Shown here: positions 44,752-53,985 of the stretch, piece by piece | Position numbering within the stretch: the first letter of the stretch is position 1 | Layout of the letters: each line of letters starts with the position of its first letter | Source: Candidatus Bipolaricaulota bacterium | Lineage (GTDB): Bacteria; Bipolaricaulota; Bipolaricaulia; RBG-16-55-9; DRXL01 | Direction: 5' to 3' | Length of the DNA stretch: 64,000 nucleotides | Assembly: GCA_025061735.1 (NCBI GenBank) | Contig: JANXAU010000044.1 | Location: 13,933-77,932, forward strand | Notes under the pieces: model-generated | Seen by the model: only the letters and a program-made list of their open reading frames with translations | What the model was told of the DNA's origin: nothing | Databases searched by the model: none | Program-made: the position numbers and the translations under genes

Positions 44752-45650
44752 GAGAAGAGCACCCCTCGCAAATCTTCCAAAAGCACGCGCTCCAGCGGTC
44801 TCTCCGTCGAGACGAGCACGCGCCGGATACGCCGCGCCCGGCAGAACTCGTCCAACTCTTGCTCGTAAGCCGCCAGACGCTCCCGATAGCGATGCACCGC
44901 GTCGCGCCCCACCGAGAACGCCCGCGCGCTCTCGCTGTCTATCAGACGCGCCTCGCTTGCTATGCGAGGCATTATATCTTCCGGAGCTAGAACTTGCACG
45001 ATGACGATCTCGAATCGCTTATACAGCAGATGCGACAAGCCCAACTGATAACCGTGCTCATCGAGCATGTCGCTGAGAAGGATCGCAAGCCCGTTCTCCA
45101 AGGGCAGTTTGGCGAAGCGCTCTAGCGCATCGTTGAGGGCGGTCTCGCCCTGGGCTTGTAGAGACGTTAACAAACGAAAGATCTTGTGCAGTTGGGAGCT
45201 GCCCGCGTGTGGTGCGATGCCCCGCGCCAAGTCGCGCGCAAACGGAAAGACCCCCACCCGGTTCAGTTCCTTCAGGCCGATATACGCCAGCGCTGCGGCC
45301 AGCCGCGCTGCATAAGAGAGCTTTTCTCCCAACGCCATCGAGCGGCTCGTGTCTATTAATAAATAGATGGGAATCTCTTCTTCGCGATGGAAGACCTTTA
45401 CGAAGAGCCGATCGAGACGCCCATAGAGATTCCAATCGACGTAGCGCAGATCGTCGCCGGGATAGTATTCGCGATATTCGGCGAACTCTAGGCTCATCCC
45501 GGCGCGCGCCGTCTTGTGCGCCCCCGCGTAGCCGTGAAAGTGGCGCTTCACCAGAAGCTGTAGATGCAGCAATCTTCTCAGAAACTCTTCATCGAGCAGC
45601 GCGTGCTCTTGGGGAAGCTCTAAGCTATTCTTCTGGGCGGACATGGTCAA
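44748..45650 (-). CDS. DUF58-domain protein (MoxR-associated)
   Basis: DUF58 core (…EFAEYREYYPGDDLRYVDWNLYGRLDRLFVK…LLIDTSRSM). Confidence 0.8.
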   Translation of the reverse strand: MTMSAQKNSLELPQEHALLDEEFLRRLLHLQLLVKRHFHGYAGAHKTARAGMSLEFAEYREYYPGDDLRYVDWNLYGRLDRLFVKVFHREEEIPIYLLIDTSRSMALGEKLSYAARLAAALAYIGLKELNRVGVFPFARDLARGIAPHAGSSQLHKIFRLLTSLQAQGETALNDALERFAKLPLENGLAILLSDMLDEHGYQLGLSHLLYKRFEIVIVQVLAPEDIMPRIASEARLIDSESARAFSVGRDAVHRYRERLAAYEQELDEFCRARRIRRVLVSTERPLERVLLEDLRGVLFS

Positions 45651-46626
45651 AGACGTCTTGGAGGATCTGCTCGACGGGGATGCCCTCGGCCTCCCCGCGA
45701 AAGTTGCGAATGATCCGATGGCGCAGACTGGGATAATAGACCGCTTGGATGTCTACGATGCGAGCGTGCCACTCTCCGGACAAAAAAGCGTGTGCTTTGG
45801 CGCCGCGCACGAGCGCCAAAGCAGCCCGCGGGCTGGCCCCGTACTCGACGTATCTTTTGACGGACTCTGGAGCGCTCTCCGCAGTCGGCTGCGTGGCGTA
45901 GACGAGCCGCGTGGCGTAGCGCCGCAGGGGCGACGCGATGGGCCAAGCGCTCACGAGCCTCTGGGCTTCTAGGATCTCGGTTCGGCTCAAGATCTGGGAC
46001 ACGGAGGCCCCATAGCTGCCCCGACCGTGCCGATCTACGATCTCTTCTAGCTCTTTGAGGGTGGGGTAAGTCAGCAGAATCTTGAAGAAGAAGCGATCTA
46101 TCTGGGCTTCGGGCAGGGGGTATGTTCCCTCCATCTCGATGGGGTTTTGGGTGGCCAAGACCATAAACGGCTCTTCTAATCTATAGGTCTCGCCGCCGGT
46201 GGTGACGCTGCGCTCCTGCATCGCCTCTAGGAGCGCCGATTGCGTCTTGGGAGTGGCGCGATTGATCTCGTCGGCTAATATGAGATTGGCAAAGATCGGG
46301 CCGCGCGCGAACTCAAAGTAGCGTCTTCCAGAGTCGTCTTCTAGCAGAATGCGCGTGCCGATGATATCGGCAGGCATGAGATCGGGTGTGAACTGAATGC
46401 GTGAGAACTTCAATCCCAGGGCTTGTCCCAGCGTGCGCACCAACAGCGTCTTGCCCAGCCCCGGCACGCCCTCTAATAAGAGATGCTCCCCGCAGAGCAG
46501 CCCGATCAGCGCCTGCTGGATGACTTCTTCTTGCCCGATGATCACCGAGCCGATCTCTTTCACCAATGAGTGAAACTTCTCTTGCAGCTCGCGCACGCGT
46601 GCCTCGTCCATCGCGTTCACTCTCAC
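45625..46626 (-). CDS. moxR: MoxR-family AAA+ ATPase
   Basis: Walker A GVPGLGKT, Walker B LILADEINR, sensor motifs; 333 aa. The first codons overlap a hairpin repeat, so the start may be the second Met (46611). Confidence 0.85.
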   Translation of the reverse strand: MRVNAMDEARVRELQEKFHSLVKEIGSVIIGQEEVIQQALIGLLCGEHLLLEGVPGLGKTLLVRTLGQALGLKFSRIQFTPDLMPADIIGTRILLEDDSGRRYFEFARGPIFANLILADEINRATPKTQSALLEAMQERSVTTGGETYRLEEPFMVLATQNPIEMEGTYPLPEAQIDRFFFKILLTYPTLKELEEIVDRHGRGSYGASVSQILSRTEILEAQRLVSAWPIASPLRRYATRLVYATQPTAESAPESVKRYVEYGASPRAALALVRGAKAHAFLSGEWHARIVDIQAVYYPSLRHRIIRNFRGEAEGIPVEQILQDVFDHVRPEE

Positions 46627-46657
46627 CCTAGTCCCCTCCCGGGCAGGGAGAGGGAAG
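46621..46657 (-). repeat. GC-rich hairpin repeat, copy 3 (reverse orientation) in the pyrD-like/moxR intergenic spacer
   Basis: Reverse complement reads ccctctccc-tgcc-cgggagggg-ac-tagggtgaga, the same stem-plus-gggtgag architecture. Confidence 0.6.
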
Positions 46658-47605
46658 TTAAAGATCTTTGACCGTGCCGACCAGCTCTTCGACGCTATTA
46701 TACCCGTTGGCGTGCAGCCATTCTTGGACGCCGGCCCACAACCTAGCGAACGCTGCCGGGCCTTCCCACAGATAGAGCGTTCCGATCTGGATTACAGACG
46801 CCCCAGCGAGAAAGTGCTTGATCGCATCCTCGGCGGTGACGATCCCGCCTACGCCCCAGACGGCAATCCGAGCCCTGTGCTTCTGAAAGAATCTATAGAA
46901 GCGATGGACCTCGGCGAGCGCGATGGGGAGCACCGCCGGGCCGCCCAGCCCTCCAAAGCCGTCGTTGGGGCGGATCACCTTCGTTCGAGTCTTTACGTCT
47001 ATGTCGAGCGTCAACGGCTCGGAGTTGATCGTGGCGACGTAGGCGATCTCAAACTCCAGGAGAATCCGAGCGATCTCTTCAAAGAGCTTTGGAGTGTTAT
47101 TATACGGTGGAAGCTTGACCCCCACGGGGATTTTGACCTCTCTTGTGACCGCCTTGAGGACGTGGCGCACGCTCTGCGGGTCCATGGCGATGGGGACTTC
47201 TTCTAAGTTAGGGCAAGAGAGATTGAGTTCGAGGGCGTCGGCGCCGGATTCTTCTAGCGCGGTGGCGATCTCGCGATATTGTTCGATGGGGTCTAGGCGA
47301 TGAGGGCATGGGGCGCTGGCGATGCTGGCGATGAGGGGTTTTCGGTAGCGCTCTTTGAGGTGGGAGATGATCTGGGCGTACTGGTGATAGCCGAGATTAG
47401 GCAGGCCCATCGAATTCAGGGAGCCGATGTTGTTGGGGAGTCGTTCGCGCAGGCGGGGTTCGGGGTTCCCTGCTCTGGGGCAGTGGGTCATGCTCTTGGT
47501 TACCACCGCTCCGGAGGCCGATTGTGCGAGGCGTTCTAGCTCTTCGCGCGTCACGGAGTTTGGCCCCGAAGCGTTGGTGATGGGCGGGTAGATCGAGAGT
47601 CTCAT
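46658..47605 (-). CDS. dihydroorotate dehydrogenase-like protein (class 1 PyrD family, TIM barrel)
   Basis: Class-1 active-site loop LNLSCPN, FMN-binding glycine motifs, and a C-terminal GGI.T motif. Confidence 0.7.
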   Translation of the reverse strand: MRLSIYPPITNASGPNSVTREELERLAQSASGAVVTKSMTHCPRAGNPEPRLRERLPNNIGSLNSMGLPNLGYHQYAQIISHLKERYRKPLIASIASAPCPHRLDPIEQYREIATALEESGADALELNLSCPNLEEVPIAMDPQSVRHVLKAVTREVKIPVGVKLPPYNNTPKLFEEIARILLEFEIAYVATINSEPLTLDIDVKTRTKVIRPNDGFGGLGGPAVLPIALAEVHRFYRFFQKHRARIAVWGVGGIVTAEDAIKHFLAGASVIQIGTLYLWEGPAAFARLWAGVQEWLHANGYNSVEELVGTVKDL

Positions 47606-47753
47606 GACGCTTGATTATAGAGAAGCGCCCTGGGAGGTGTCAACGGGGCAGGGGGTACGTTGCGCGTGATAACCGTTGGTGGGCTACTTTCTGAACCCCG
47701 CGCAAGCTCTTGCCAATTAGCTATTTACAGGTGAGCTGTCTGCTGCCCAACGT

Positions 47754-47783
47754 TTGCCCGCGAGGGCCGGTCTGGATTATAAT
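47754..47783 (+). promoter_or_regulatory. promoter for tRNA-Met (TTGCCC-18-TATAAT)
   Basis: The -10 box ends 9 nt upstream of the mature tRNA 5' end. Confidence 0.55.
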
Positions 47784-47792
47784 GAGCATGAC

Positions 47793-47865
47793 GGGCCCAT
47801 AGCTCAGGGGTTAGAGCGGCCGGCTCATAACCGGTTGGTCGCAGGTTCGAATCCTGCTGGGCCCA
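47793..47865 (+). tRNA. tRNA-Met (CAT), elongator-type or possibly Ile-lysidine; CCA not encoded
   Basis: Cloverleaf: acceptor gggccca/tgggccc, anticodon loop ctCATaa, T-loop ttcgaat. A G1-C72 pair and the lack of a GGG/CCC anticodon stem argue against an initiator. Confidence 0.8.
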
Positions 47866-47908
47866 CAGGGTCGGGGCGAAGCAGTCCCCCTTCGCCCCGA
47901 TTAACGCT

Positions 47909-48442
47909 ATGGAGAAGCTCTTGATCCACCTTGACGGGGCGTCTCAGGGAAATCCGGGCGAGGCCGCCATCGGCGTCCTCGTCAGCGATGCCCAAGGAAA
48001 CGTCTTAGAAGAGATCTCCCAATACATCGGGCGCACGACCAACAACGTCGCCGAGTACCAAGCGCTCCTCGAGGCCATCCGATGCGCCCTGCGCTACAAC
48101 CCCCAGCGCGTGATCTTCTTCACCGATAGTCAACTCTTGGCCAATCAGATCAACGGGCTGTATCGCATTCGCCGGCCCCATCTGGAGCCGCTGCACCGTC
48201 AAGCCCAAGAACTCTTGCAGAAACTTCCGCGCTGGCAGGTGCACTACGTCGAGCGCGACGCCAACTGGCGCGCCCATCGCTTGGCCCAAAAGGCCCTCTT
48301 AGACCGCGTGGCCAAGGAGGCCGAAGCGGGGCTGCCCGAACGCATCCGCCGCAAGGTCGAAGAGCTGAGCGAACTCGACCAACGAAGAGTCCTAGAATTT
48401 GTCAATCGGCTGTACGAGGAGGCACAACGAGAAAAAATCTAA
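47909..48442 (+). CDS. rnhA: ribonuclease HI (type 1, archaeal-like, lacking the basic protrusion) with a ~40-aa C-terminal extension
   Basis: DGASQGNPG, AEYQALL and FTDSQL catalytic motifs. Confidence 0.8.
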   Translation: MEKLLIHLDGASQGNPGEAAIGVLVSDAQGNVLEEISQYIGRTTNNVAEYQALLEAIRCALRYNPQRVIFFTDSQLLANQINGLYRIRRPHLEPLHRQAQELLQKLPRWQVHYVERDANWRAHRLAQKALLDRVAKEAEAGLPERIRRKVEELSELDQRRVLEFVNRLYEEAQREKI

Positions 48443-48457
48443 GGAGGGCTAGCTCCT

Positions 48458-50065
48458 ATGTGGCAGCGTTGGGTGGTGGGAGGGCTTTTCTCTGTCTTGG
48501 CGTTGGTGTTGTCGGGATGTTGGCCGATGCCGCAGCAGATCGCCGTCAGTCCCGACGGTCGCTTTCTAGCGCTCTCGATGCCCTTGGAGACTCAGGGGCT
48601 TTATGAGCCGCTTGCAGAGCGCTCGCAGCTCTGGCTGGTCGAGCGAGCGACGGGCGAGATCGTCACGGCCATCCGCGATGGCGAGAGGATCTCGTGGGTG
48701 ACGTGGTCGCCCGATGGACAAGAGCTGCTCTACGTCGCCAGCACGGGGCTGCGAGCTGTAGATGAGCTGTTGCTGGCCGACGAATGGCGCCTGATGCTCT
48801 ATCGTCTAGAGACGGGAGAGCGCCGTCTGCTGCTGGCCGACCGAGAGAGCGTCCCGTGGGGCCTGAGCTTCTCTCCCGACGGGCAGCAGATCGCGTACTA
48901 CCGAGTCACTGACGAAGGCAAGATCGACCTGGTGCTTTTGGACAGAGTCGGTCAAGAGTCGCGAGTCGTTCAGACGATCCAAGAGGGGGGGCGCTTGCGC
49001 TATCTCCCCTACGGGCCGCGGCTTTTGTGGCTGAAAGACAGCGACACGCCCGCGCTGGTGCTGGTGCGCGTCGAGGAGCTGCTCCCCAGCGAGGAGCTGC
49101 CCGCGCTAGAAGAGGCGACGAGCGTGCGCGTGGCACGCGGCCGGATCGTGCGCGTTCAGCTCGATTGCCTCTGCGAAGCAGAGATCGCGCGCGGGTATTA
49201 CCCGGTGCTGCCGGTTCCGTTGTTTATCGTCGCTTCGCCCGATGGGCGCCGGCTCTATTTCAACGGCTACTCTCATAGCTTTGCGCTCACCCCCGAAGAG
49301 CCGATCTATCTCTATGAGATGGACATCGAAGAGCGTCAGATGTTTGCTATTTATGATGGCGACGGGATCGCGCTCGCCCCGGCGATCTCTCCCGACGGTT
49401 CGCAACTGCTCTTCACGGTCATCGAGCACCAGAAGAGCGATCTCTATCTGCGCAGCTTTCAGGCGCTCTCGCCCGCCGCAAAGATCACCCATGACGGCCG
49501 TTCGGGGTTTGGCTTCTGGCTGACGGACGAGGAGATCGCCTTTCTGCGGCGCGTCCAGGCCGATCAACCCGCCGGCGAGCTGTGGCGCAAGCACCTGATC
49601 TCTGGGGAAGAAGAGGCGCTGACGCCTCTGTTGGCCAGGCAGAGACGCACGGCAGAGTTAAGCGTTCAACTGGCGGCCGCGCAGCAAGAGGCCCAGCAGT
49701 ACAGACAAGAACTCATCCAGACTCAAGAGACCCTCCAAGAGCTTCAGAACCGAATCGAGCTGCTTCGTCAGTCTCTGCAAGAGTTGAGCGCGGAATTGCA
49801 GGCGCAATCGCAGCGGACGGTCGAAGAGATCGCGCGCCAATGGATTGACCCGGTGCAGCAGATCAACGCGCTGCGTCAAGCCGTCTCAGAATTGAGAAAA
49901 CAAACCGAAGGGATTGATGCCAAGCTCACCGAGCTGCAGAAGCGTCCGCAGCTTGATCTGTGGACAGTCGCGCTGATCGTTGCTATCGGAGCGCTCGTGG
50001 TGATCGTGATCTTAAGGCGCTCATTCAGAACGATCGTTCAGGCGTTGGCCTTCCCGCCCCAGTAG
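48458..50065 (+). CDS. lipoprotein with a TolB-like PD40 beta-propeller, ~110-aa coiled coil and C-terminal TM helix
   Basis: Signal plus lipobox LSGC. Repeated SPDG(R/Q)xL blades (five or more). Heptad-rich Q/E/L segment, then LWTVALIVAIGALVVIVIL. Confidence 0.7.
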   Translation: MWQRWVVGGLFSVLALVLSGCWPMPQQIAVSPDGRFLALSMPLETQGLYEPLAERSQLWLVERATGEIVTAIRDGERISWVTWSPDGQELLYVASTGLRAVDELLLADEWRLMLYRLETGERRLLLADRESVPWGLSFSPDGQQIAYYRVTDEGKIDLVLLDRVGQESRVVQTIQEGGRLRYLPYGPRLLWLKDSDTPALVLVRVEELLPSEELPALEEATSVRVARGRIVRVQLDCLCEAEIARGYYPVLPVPLFIVASPDGRRLYFNGYSHSFALTPEEPIYLYEMDIEERQMFAIYDGDGIALAPAISPDGSQLLFTVIEHQKSDLYLRSFQALSPAAKITHDGRSGFGFWLTDEEIAFLRRVQADQPAGELWRKHLISGEEEALTPLLARQRRTAELSVQLAAAQQEAQQYRQELIQTQETLQELQNRIELLRQSLQELSAELQAQSQRTVEEIARQWIDPVQQINALRQAVSELRKQTEGIDAKLTELQKRPQLDLWTVALIVAIGALVVIVILRRSFRTIVQALAFPPQ

Positions 50066-50724
50066 AGCGTGACGATGCCTCCGGTGAAGTCTTCGTAGCC
50101 CACGGGGCGAAAGCCCAGCTCGTGCAGCTCACTCAATATCTGGGCGCGCGCGGGGAAGGCTTCTATCGAGTCGCGCAGATACACATAGGGATCGCGCGAT
50201 CCCGTGAGCAGTCCCCCAAGAGAGGGCAGAAGATATCGAAGATAGACGCGATAGAGAGAGCGCACCAAAAAGCTCTGGGGCAGGGAAAACTCTAAGATGA
50301 ACGCACGCCCCTTGGGCTTGAGCACGCGATAAATCTCGCGCAACCCTTGCAAACGATCCGCGAAATTGCGCACCCCAAACGCCACGGTCACTATATCAAA
50401 AGATTGATCGTCAAACGAGAGATGCAGCGCATCTCCGTGTTGGAGCGCGATCTGCTGTTCTAGCCCCAATCTTGTGAGTTTTTCGCGCGCGACCTGCAAC
50501 ATCGGCAGAGAGATATCTACCCCAATGATCTCTAGCTCCGGGCAGCTTTTTGCAAACTCAATCGCGAGGTCTCCCGTGCCCGTGCAGAGATCGAGCACGC
50601 GTTCGCCGGGTCGGGGCCCGGCTCTCTTGACGAGCCAGCGGCGCCACGCCCGATCCCGATAGGCGCTCAAGATGTGATTGGCGAGATCGTAGCGCGAGGC
50701 GATGGGCGCGAAGAGATCGGCCAT
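50038..50724 (-). CDS. ubiE: class I SAM methyltransferase of the UbiE/MenG family
   Basis: VLDLCTGTGDLAIE SAM motif I and overall UbiE/MenG similarity. Confidence 0.8.
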   Translation of the reverse strand: MADLFAPIASRYDLANHILSAYRDRAWRRWLVKRAGPRPGERVLDLCTGTGDLAIEFAKSCPELEIIGVDISLPMLQVAREKLTRLGLEQQIALQHGDALHLSFDDQSFDIVTVAFGVRNFADRLQGLREIYRVLKPKGRAFILEFSLPQSFLVRSLYRVYLRYLLPSLGGLLTGSRDPYVYLRDSIEAFPARAQILSELHELGFRPVGYEDFTGGIVTLYWGGKANA

Positions 50725-50725
50725 C

Positions 50726-51082
50726 TCACTTCACGATCCCGGAGATCTCAATGCGCACATCTTCGATCTCCAGTCCCGCCAGCTCACGTACTTTCGCTTT
50801 GATCTCCTTGATCGCTTTCTGAGCCGCCTCGTGAATGCGCACCCCATAGAGCGCAAAGAGCGAGAGCTTGATCACGATGCGATCTTTCTCTTTGAGGACT
50901 TCCACGCCGTCGCCCTTGACGGCGCGCGCCAGCGTGCTGAAGAAGTTCGAGCCGTCGCGCACCTGCTTGGGGGTGCGCAGCCCCTCTTGCTCGCTGATCA
51001 CCTTCGCGCAGATCTGCGAGATCGCCTTCTCGGAGATGAAGATCTCGCCCAGCTCGCTGCTGATCTTTCTCAACTCGGCCAT
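50726..51082 (-). CDS. Asp23/Gls24-family protein (second paralogue)
   Basis: 118-aa Asp23 core (…ISEKAISQICAKVISE…GDGVEVLKEKDRIVIKLSL…). Confidence 0.7.
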   Translation of the reverse strand: MAELRKISSELGEIFISEKAISQICAKVISEQEGLRTPKQVRDGSNFFSTLARAVKGDGVEVLKEKDRIVIKLSLFALYGVRIHEAAQKAIKEIKAKVRELAGLEIEDVRIEISGIVK

Positions 51083-51086
51083 AGTC

Positions 51087-52607
51087 TCATTCTATCAGAT
51101 TCTGTCCGGTCATCTCTTTGGGCTGGGCGAGGCCCATCAGGGCCAGCATCGTCGGGGCGATGTCGCCCAACTTCCCGCCCGCCCTCAAGGTTATAGCACG
51201 CGGCCCAACGTAAATCAAGGGGCCTGGGCTGTGCGTGTGCGCCGTGTGCGGGCGCCCCGCTTCGTCCCTCATCCTATCGGCGTTGCCATGATCGGCCGTG
51301 ATCAGGAGTTCGCCGTTCACCGAGCGAGTCGCCTCTACGATCTGTCCTAAACAGTCGTCTACGGCTTCGACGGCCCTCACAGCCGCTTCAAAAATCCCCG
51401 TGTGGCCCACCATGTCGGGGTTGGCATAGTTAATGAGAATAAAATCATAGCGACAGGTCAGAATCTGTTGGATGGCTTTTTGAGTGACTTCGTAAGCCGA
51501 CATCTCTGGTTTCAAATCATACGTAGCGACCTTGGGGGAGGGGATGAGAATGCGATCTTCTCTGGGGAAGGGGGTCTCGCGCCCGTTGTTGAAAAAATAC
51601 GTGACGTGCGCGTACTTTTCGGTCTCGGCGATGCGTAGCTGCGTCAGCCCAACATCGCTGAGCACCTCACCAAAGATGTTCTGTAACGGTTCTTCGCTGG
51701 GGAAGGCTGCGGGCAGCGTAGAGCGTTCGTCGTAGGGGGTTAGGGTGACGAATTCTACCGCGGGGCGCGGTCCGCGCTCAACGAGGGAGAAGCTCTCTTC
51801 GGTGAAGGCGCGGGTGAGCTGGCGGGCGCGGTCGGCGCGAAAGTTAAAGAAGATCACAGCGTCGTTATCGCGGATCGTACCGTCGGGATCTAAGATGATC
51901 GGCTCGACGAACTCGTCGGTCTGGCCGCGCGCGTAGGCGCGGCGCAGGGCTTCTACAGGGGGGCCGGGATCGCGCTGGCCTTCGCCCCAGCGCAGCGCTC
52001 GATAGGCTCGCTCGGTGCGCTCCCAGCGGTTGTCGCGATCCATCGCCCAGTAGCGCCCGATGAGCGTAGCAATCGTGCCCAGCCCGCGCTGCTCGCAGCA
52101 CTCCTCTAGCTTTTGCAGATACTCCGCCCCTGACGTGGGCGGGGTATCGCGCCCGTCCAGAAAAGCGTGAATATAGAGATGATAGACGTGCTCGCGTTGA
52201 GCGAGTTCTATCAGTGCTAAGAGATGCTCAAAGAAGCTGTGCACGCCGCCGTCGCTGACCAAGCCCATCAGATGCAGGCGGCTCTTTTGTTCTTGGGCGT
52301 GGAGGATGGCTCGCAAGAGCGCGGGATTTCTGAAGAAGCTTCCGTCATGGATGGCTTGGGTGATGCGCGTGGAGGTCTGCAAGACGACGCGGCCCGCGCC
52401 CAGATTCTGATGCCCCACTTCGGAGTTGCCGAACTGCCCTTCGGGCAGTCCTACTGCCAATCCGTCGGTGCGCACGAGCGTATGCGGGCAGTCGCGCCAG
52501 TAGCGCGTGAAGTTCGGCGTGCGGGCTGCCGCGATGGCGTTCCCACAAGTCTCTTCGCGCATCCCCCAGCCGTCTAAGACGACGAGCACATACGGGCGTT
52601 TGGGCAT
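51087..52607 (-). CDS. gpmI: 2,3-bisphosphoglycerate-independent phosphoglycerate mutase
   Basis: N-terminal VLDGWG…GNSEVGHQNLGAGR and C-terminal TADHGN motifs; 506 aa. Confidence 0.9.
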   Translation of the reverse strand: MPKRPYVLVVLDGWGMREETCGNAIAAARTPNFTRYWRDCPHTLVRTDGLAVGLPEGQFGNSEVGHQNLGAGRVVLQTSTRITQAIHDGSFFRNPALLRAILHAQEQKSRLHLMGLVSDGGVHSFFEHLLALIELAQREHVYHLYIHAFLDGRDTPPTSGAEYLQKLEECCEQRGLGTIATLIGRYWAMDRDNRWERTERAYRALRWGEGQRDPGPPVEALRRAYARGQTDEFVEPIILDPDGTIRDNDAVIFFNFRADRARQLTRAFTEESFSLVERGPRPAVEFVTLTPYDERSTLPAAFPSEEPLQNIFGEVLSDVGLTQLRIAETEKYAHVTYFFNNGRETPFPREDRILIPSPKVATYDLKPEMSAYEVTQKAIQQILTCRYDFILINYANPDMVGHTGIFEAAVRAVEAVDDCLGQIVEATRSVNGELLITADHGNADRMRDEAGRPHTAHTHSPGPLIYVGPRAITLRAGGKLGDIAPTMLALMGLAQPKEMTGQNLIE

Positions 52608-52683
52608 AATTTAATTATAGAGTCTCAAGACGAGCAGGTGCAAGCTTGTCTGTCGAGTCCGCAGCGATTACAATCAATAAACT

Positions 52684-53148
52684 ATGCGCATCGTTCTTCA
52701 GCGCGTTTTGGAAGCTTCTGTAGAAGTAGATGGCCGGATCGTGGGGCGGATCGGCCCCGGCTTGCTGATCTTTTTGGGGATTGCCAAGGGGGATACCGAG
52801 CGCGACGTGACGTTCTTGGCGGATCGCGTGCTGGGGCTGCGCATCTTTGAAGACGAATCGGGAAAGATGAACCTCTCTGTCAAAGACGTGCAAGGCGAGC
52901 TGCTGGTCGTCTCGCAGTTTACGCTCTACGGCAGCACGCTCAAGGGGCGTCGTCCCGGCTTTGACGCCGCCGCACCGCCCGATCAGGCCCGCGTGCTCTA
53001 TGAGCTGTTCCTGCAAGAACTGCGACGCAGCGGCTTGAAGACGGAATCAGGGATCTTCGGCGCACGGATGAGAGTCTCTTTAATTAACAACGGCCCCGTC
53101 ACGTTTATCTTAGAGAGCGAGCCGGTTGCGAAAGCGTCCTCTACTTGA
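52684..53148 (+). CDS. dtd: D-aminoacyl-tRNA deacylase
   Basis: MRIVLQRV N-terminus, SQFTLY and NGPVT motifs. Confidence 0.9.
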   Translation: MRIVLQRVLEASVEVDGRIVGRIGPGLLIFLGIAKGDTERDVTFLADRVLGLRIFEDESGKMNLSVKDVQGELLVVSQFTLYGSTLKGRRPGFDAAAPPDQARVLYELFLQELRRSGLKTESGIFGARMRVSLINNGPVTFILESEPVAKASST

Positions 53149-53179
53149 TAAGATAACCGCTGCAGAAAGCACGGAACCG

Positions 53180-53220
53180 TCACGGAAAACCCGGGTCATT
53201 TTCCGTGATTTTCTCTATTT
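53180..53220 (+). terminator. rho-independent terminator after dtd (10-bp stem plus U-tract)
   Basis: tcacggaaaa-cccgggtca-ttttccgtga followed by ttttctctattt. Confidence 0.7.
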
Positions 53221-53250
53221 GACCGTCAAGACCCGAAGGGAGCTGTCACT

Positions 53251-53451
53251 ATGGGTCAGGGACAACCCAAGTACCGAAGATCGAGTTCGCAGAAGCGCAT
53301 GCATCGCGAAGCGAGCTACAAGTTTACGCCGGTGACGATCGTCGAGTGTCCGCGCTGCCATGAGCCGAAGATCCCCCACCGCGTTTGTCTCCACTGCGGC
53401 TACTATCGCGATATGGAGGTCATCGCGATGAAGGAGCCAGAGACGAAGTAA
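53251..53451 (+). CDS. rpmF: 50S ribosomal protein L32 (bL32), zinc-ribbon form
   Basis: Basic N-terminus and CPRC…CLHCGYY zinc knuckle. Confidence 0.8.
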   Translation: MGQGQPKYRRSSSQKRMHREASYKFTPVTIVECPRCHEPKIPHRVCLHCGYYRDMEVIAMKEPETK

Positions 53452-53455
53452 GTCT

Positions 53456-53788
53456 ATGCCGCGCGTTGCCCGCCCCAAGTTGGTGCGCGACAAGATCCCC
53501 GAGCTCTTGATGCGAGCGGGTCGGCGTCCGATCTTTCGTCGGGTCAAGGGAGACGAACTTCAGGCCTACGCCGATCAGAAGATCCTTGAAGAGGCCCGAG
53601 ATTTTGCCCGATCTTCCCAGATTGAAGACAAGATCGAAGAGCTGATAGATCTGTTGGAGATCGTCTACTTTCGGCTTCGGCTGGAGGGGGTTTCTGCTCA
53701 GGAGGCCCACGATCGGATGGCGCGCAAGCGTCGAGAGCGCGGGGGCTTTGAGGGTGGCGTGGTGCTCGAATCCGTCCAAGCCCTCTAG
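53456..53788 (+). CDS. MazG-like all-alpha nucleoside triphosphate pyrophosphohydrolase
   Basis: KLVRDKIPE and E-rich helices typical of the MazG/HisE-like NTP-PPase superfamily. Confidence 0.6.
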   Translation: MPRVARPKLVRDKIPELLMRAGRRPIFRRVKGDELQAYADQKILEEARDFARSSQIEDKIEELIDLLEIVYFRLRLEGVSAQEAHDRMARKRRERGGFEGGVVLESVQAL

Positions 53789-53818
53789 TTGACAAGGGGC
53801 TTCTTTTTGGAGTAAACT
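53789..53818 (+). promoter_or_regulatory. candidate promoter for tRNA-Lys (TTGACA-18-TAAACT)
   Basis: Consensus -35 box; the -10 box ends 12 nt upstream of the tRNA. Confidence 0.4.
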
Positions 53819-53830
53819 TTCAGTGCCTAG

Positions 53831-53905
53831 GGGCCGTTAGCTCAGTGGTAGAGCATCTGCCTTTTAAGCAGAGGGTCGGAGGTTCGATCCCTCCACGGCC
53901 TACCA
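53831..53905 (+). tRNA. tRNA-Lys (TTT), with CCA encoded
   Basis: Cloverleaf: acceptor gggccgt/acggcct, anticodon loop ctTTTaa, T-loop ttcgatc. Confidence 0.85.
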
Positions 53906-53908
53906 GAT

Positions 53909-53938
53909 TTGCAGCCTGCCTAGCTCGCTCCGTATAAT
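53909..53938 (+). promoter_or_regulatory. promoter for hppA (TTGCAG-18-TATAAT)
   Basis: Immediately 3' of tRNA-Lys; leaves a ~47-nt leader with a GGGAGGG Shine-Dalgarno before the ATG at 53986. Confidence 0.5.
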
Positions 53939-53985
53939 AGCGCAAACTTTCAATCTCATCGGTGGGAGGGAGTTCACGAAGAGCT

